Below are positions 63,328 through 64,000 of a DNA stretch of 64,000 bases, piece by piece. Positions within the stretch are counted from its first letter, which is position 1; every line of letters begins with the position of its first letter. The position numbers and the translations under genes are program-made. The notes under the pieces are model-generated. The model saw nothing but the letters and a program-made list of their open reading frames with translations. It did no database searches and was not told the DNA's origin. Source of the DNA: a virus; UHGV virus genome UHGV-0120889. One strand, 5' to 3'.

Positions 63328-63639
63328 TTATACGGTCCGATCATTGGCCTTTGTCCAGGACCTGGCGATCCGTTTCCCGGTCACCTGGAACGGAGGCTGC
63401 ATTGTGTGTAATGAGTCCAGAGTAAGGGAGGACCGTTTACGGCGTATCTTCAGGATCGCTAACGTATTGTCCATCTCACGGCCAGGTCCTGGGCGGTATG
63501 GTGTGCCTCCAGCGTTAAGGTTGATGATCTCATGTATTGAGATCCGGCGTTGTTTTGCTTCCGCATCTTTGAAGATAGCCAGCGGAGGCGCTATGCGTTG
63601 CCGATACCAATCTAAAACGGTTGGCGTAATAGCGATCAT
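63328..63639 (-). CDS. hypothetical basic protein (103 aa)
   Basis: ATG overlaps stop of upstream gene (ATGA); unusually GC-rich. Confidence 0.4.
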   Translation of the reverse strand: MIAITPTVLDWYRQRIAPPLAIFKDAEAKQRRISIHEIINLNAGGTPYRPGPGREMDNTLAILKIRRKRSSLTLDSLHTMQPPFQVTGKRIARSWTKANDRTV

Positions 63640-63827
63640 ATTTTACCCCCTATGTAGTCCGGTCGGTTTTTCTCTGTCATACGCTTAAGCAATTCTTGCA
63701 TGTTGCTTATGGCTTGTAGTGTATCCTCTTCAAGGGATGAATCAAGATAATCAGGATCATTCTTCACCTTGCAATGATTATGATAACGCAGTACCGCCAG
63801 TACTTTTTTAACTTCTTCCGCTGTCAT
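63636..63827 (-). CDS. hypothetical protein (63 aa)
   Basis: ORF track. Confidence 0.4.
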   Translation of the reverse strand: MTAEEVKKVLAVLRYHNHCKVKNDPDYLDSSLEEDTLQAISNMQELLKRMTEKNRPDYIGGKI

Positions 63828-63835
63828 TATCGCGC

Positions 63836-63970
63836 CTAAAACAATGAGTTAATATATAACACCAGATCGCTGACTACCAGGACAACATTAATCAGCACAT
63901 ACCTAACCATAAAGGGAAAGATCGCCAACATTGCCGCCACGATCCCCATGGTAATAATTATCTTTCTCAT
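63836..63970 (-). CDS. small membrane protein (44 aa)
   Basis: ATG at 63970; hydrophobic MRKIIITMGIVAAMLAIFPFMVRYVLINVVLVV. Confidence 0.35.
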   Translation of the reverse strand: MRKIIITMGIVAAMLAIFPFMVRYVLINVVLVVSDLVLYINSLF

Positions 63971-64000
63971 GGTTAACGGTTCACGTAAGTTTTCCCGTTT

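Overview
This window reads as a contiguous slice of a virulent tailed-phage genome, myovirus-type, with sheath and tube genes. The gene content and the near-consensus sigma70 promoters suggest an enterobacterial host and a Felix-O1-like architecture, but that assignment is inference only; I could not run any homology search. Layout: (1) 1-16.9 kb, minus strand: late structural and packaging operon (baseplate/tail proteins, tape measure, chaperone pair, tube, sheath, neck proteins, major capsid, scaffold, HK97-type prohead protease, portal, a large terminase split by an ORF-less ~340 bp intervening sequence, and Rz/Rz1-like spanins). (2) 17.28-18.09 kb, minus strand: cluster of 6 clear tRNAs (Pro, Met, Thr, Ser, Tyr, Arg) plus one atypical tRNA-like gene, driven by a consensus sigma70 promoter. 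(3) 18.2-22.0 kb, minus strand: small genes, a GC-rich structured non-coding segment, an array of four palindromic repeats, an HTH protein, a metallophosphoesterase and a polynucleotide-kinase-like P-loop protein. (4) 22.1-59.5 kb, plus strand: densely packed early/middle genes: Rnl1-like RNA ligase, Sir2-family protein, MazG-like protein, DNA ligase, lambda-R-like endolysin, flap endonuclease, RuvC-like and endonuclease-VII-like resolvases, DnaQ-like exonuclease, two orphan DNA methyltransferases, dNMP kinase, HAD phosphatase, ThyX-like protein, NrdA/NrdB/glutaredoxin, NrdD interrupted by an intron carrying an HNH homing endonuclease, NrdG, PhoH, a ClpP-like protease, a ribosome hibernation factor (HPF/RaiA) homologue, and a large paralogous family of small acidic proteins interleaved with tiny hydrophobic ORFs. 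(5) 59.5-61.7 kb: ORF-poor, repeat-rich region, with iteron-like arrays and a 251-bp element bounded by perfect 20-bp direct repeats. (6) 61.9-64.0 kb, minus strand: small genes. Most striking candidates: a split Pnkp-like plus Rnl1-like tRNA repair cassette beside the tRNA cluster, the zinc-ribbon-less Sir2 protein, the phage HPF homologue, and the repeat-structured non-coding region. All functional calls rest on motifs I could read by eye and on gene order.
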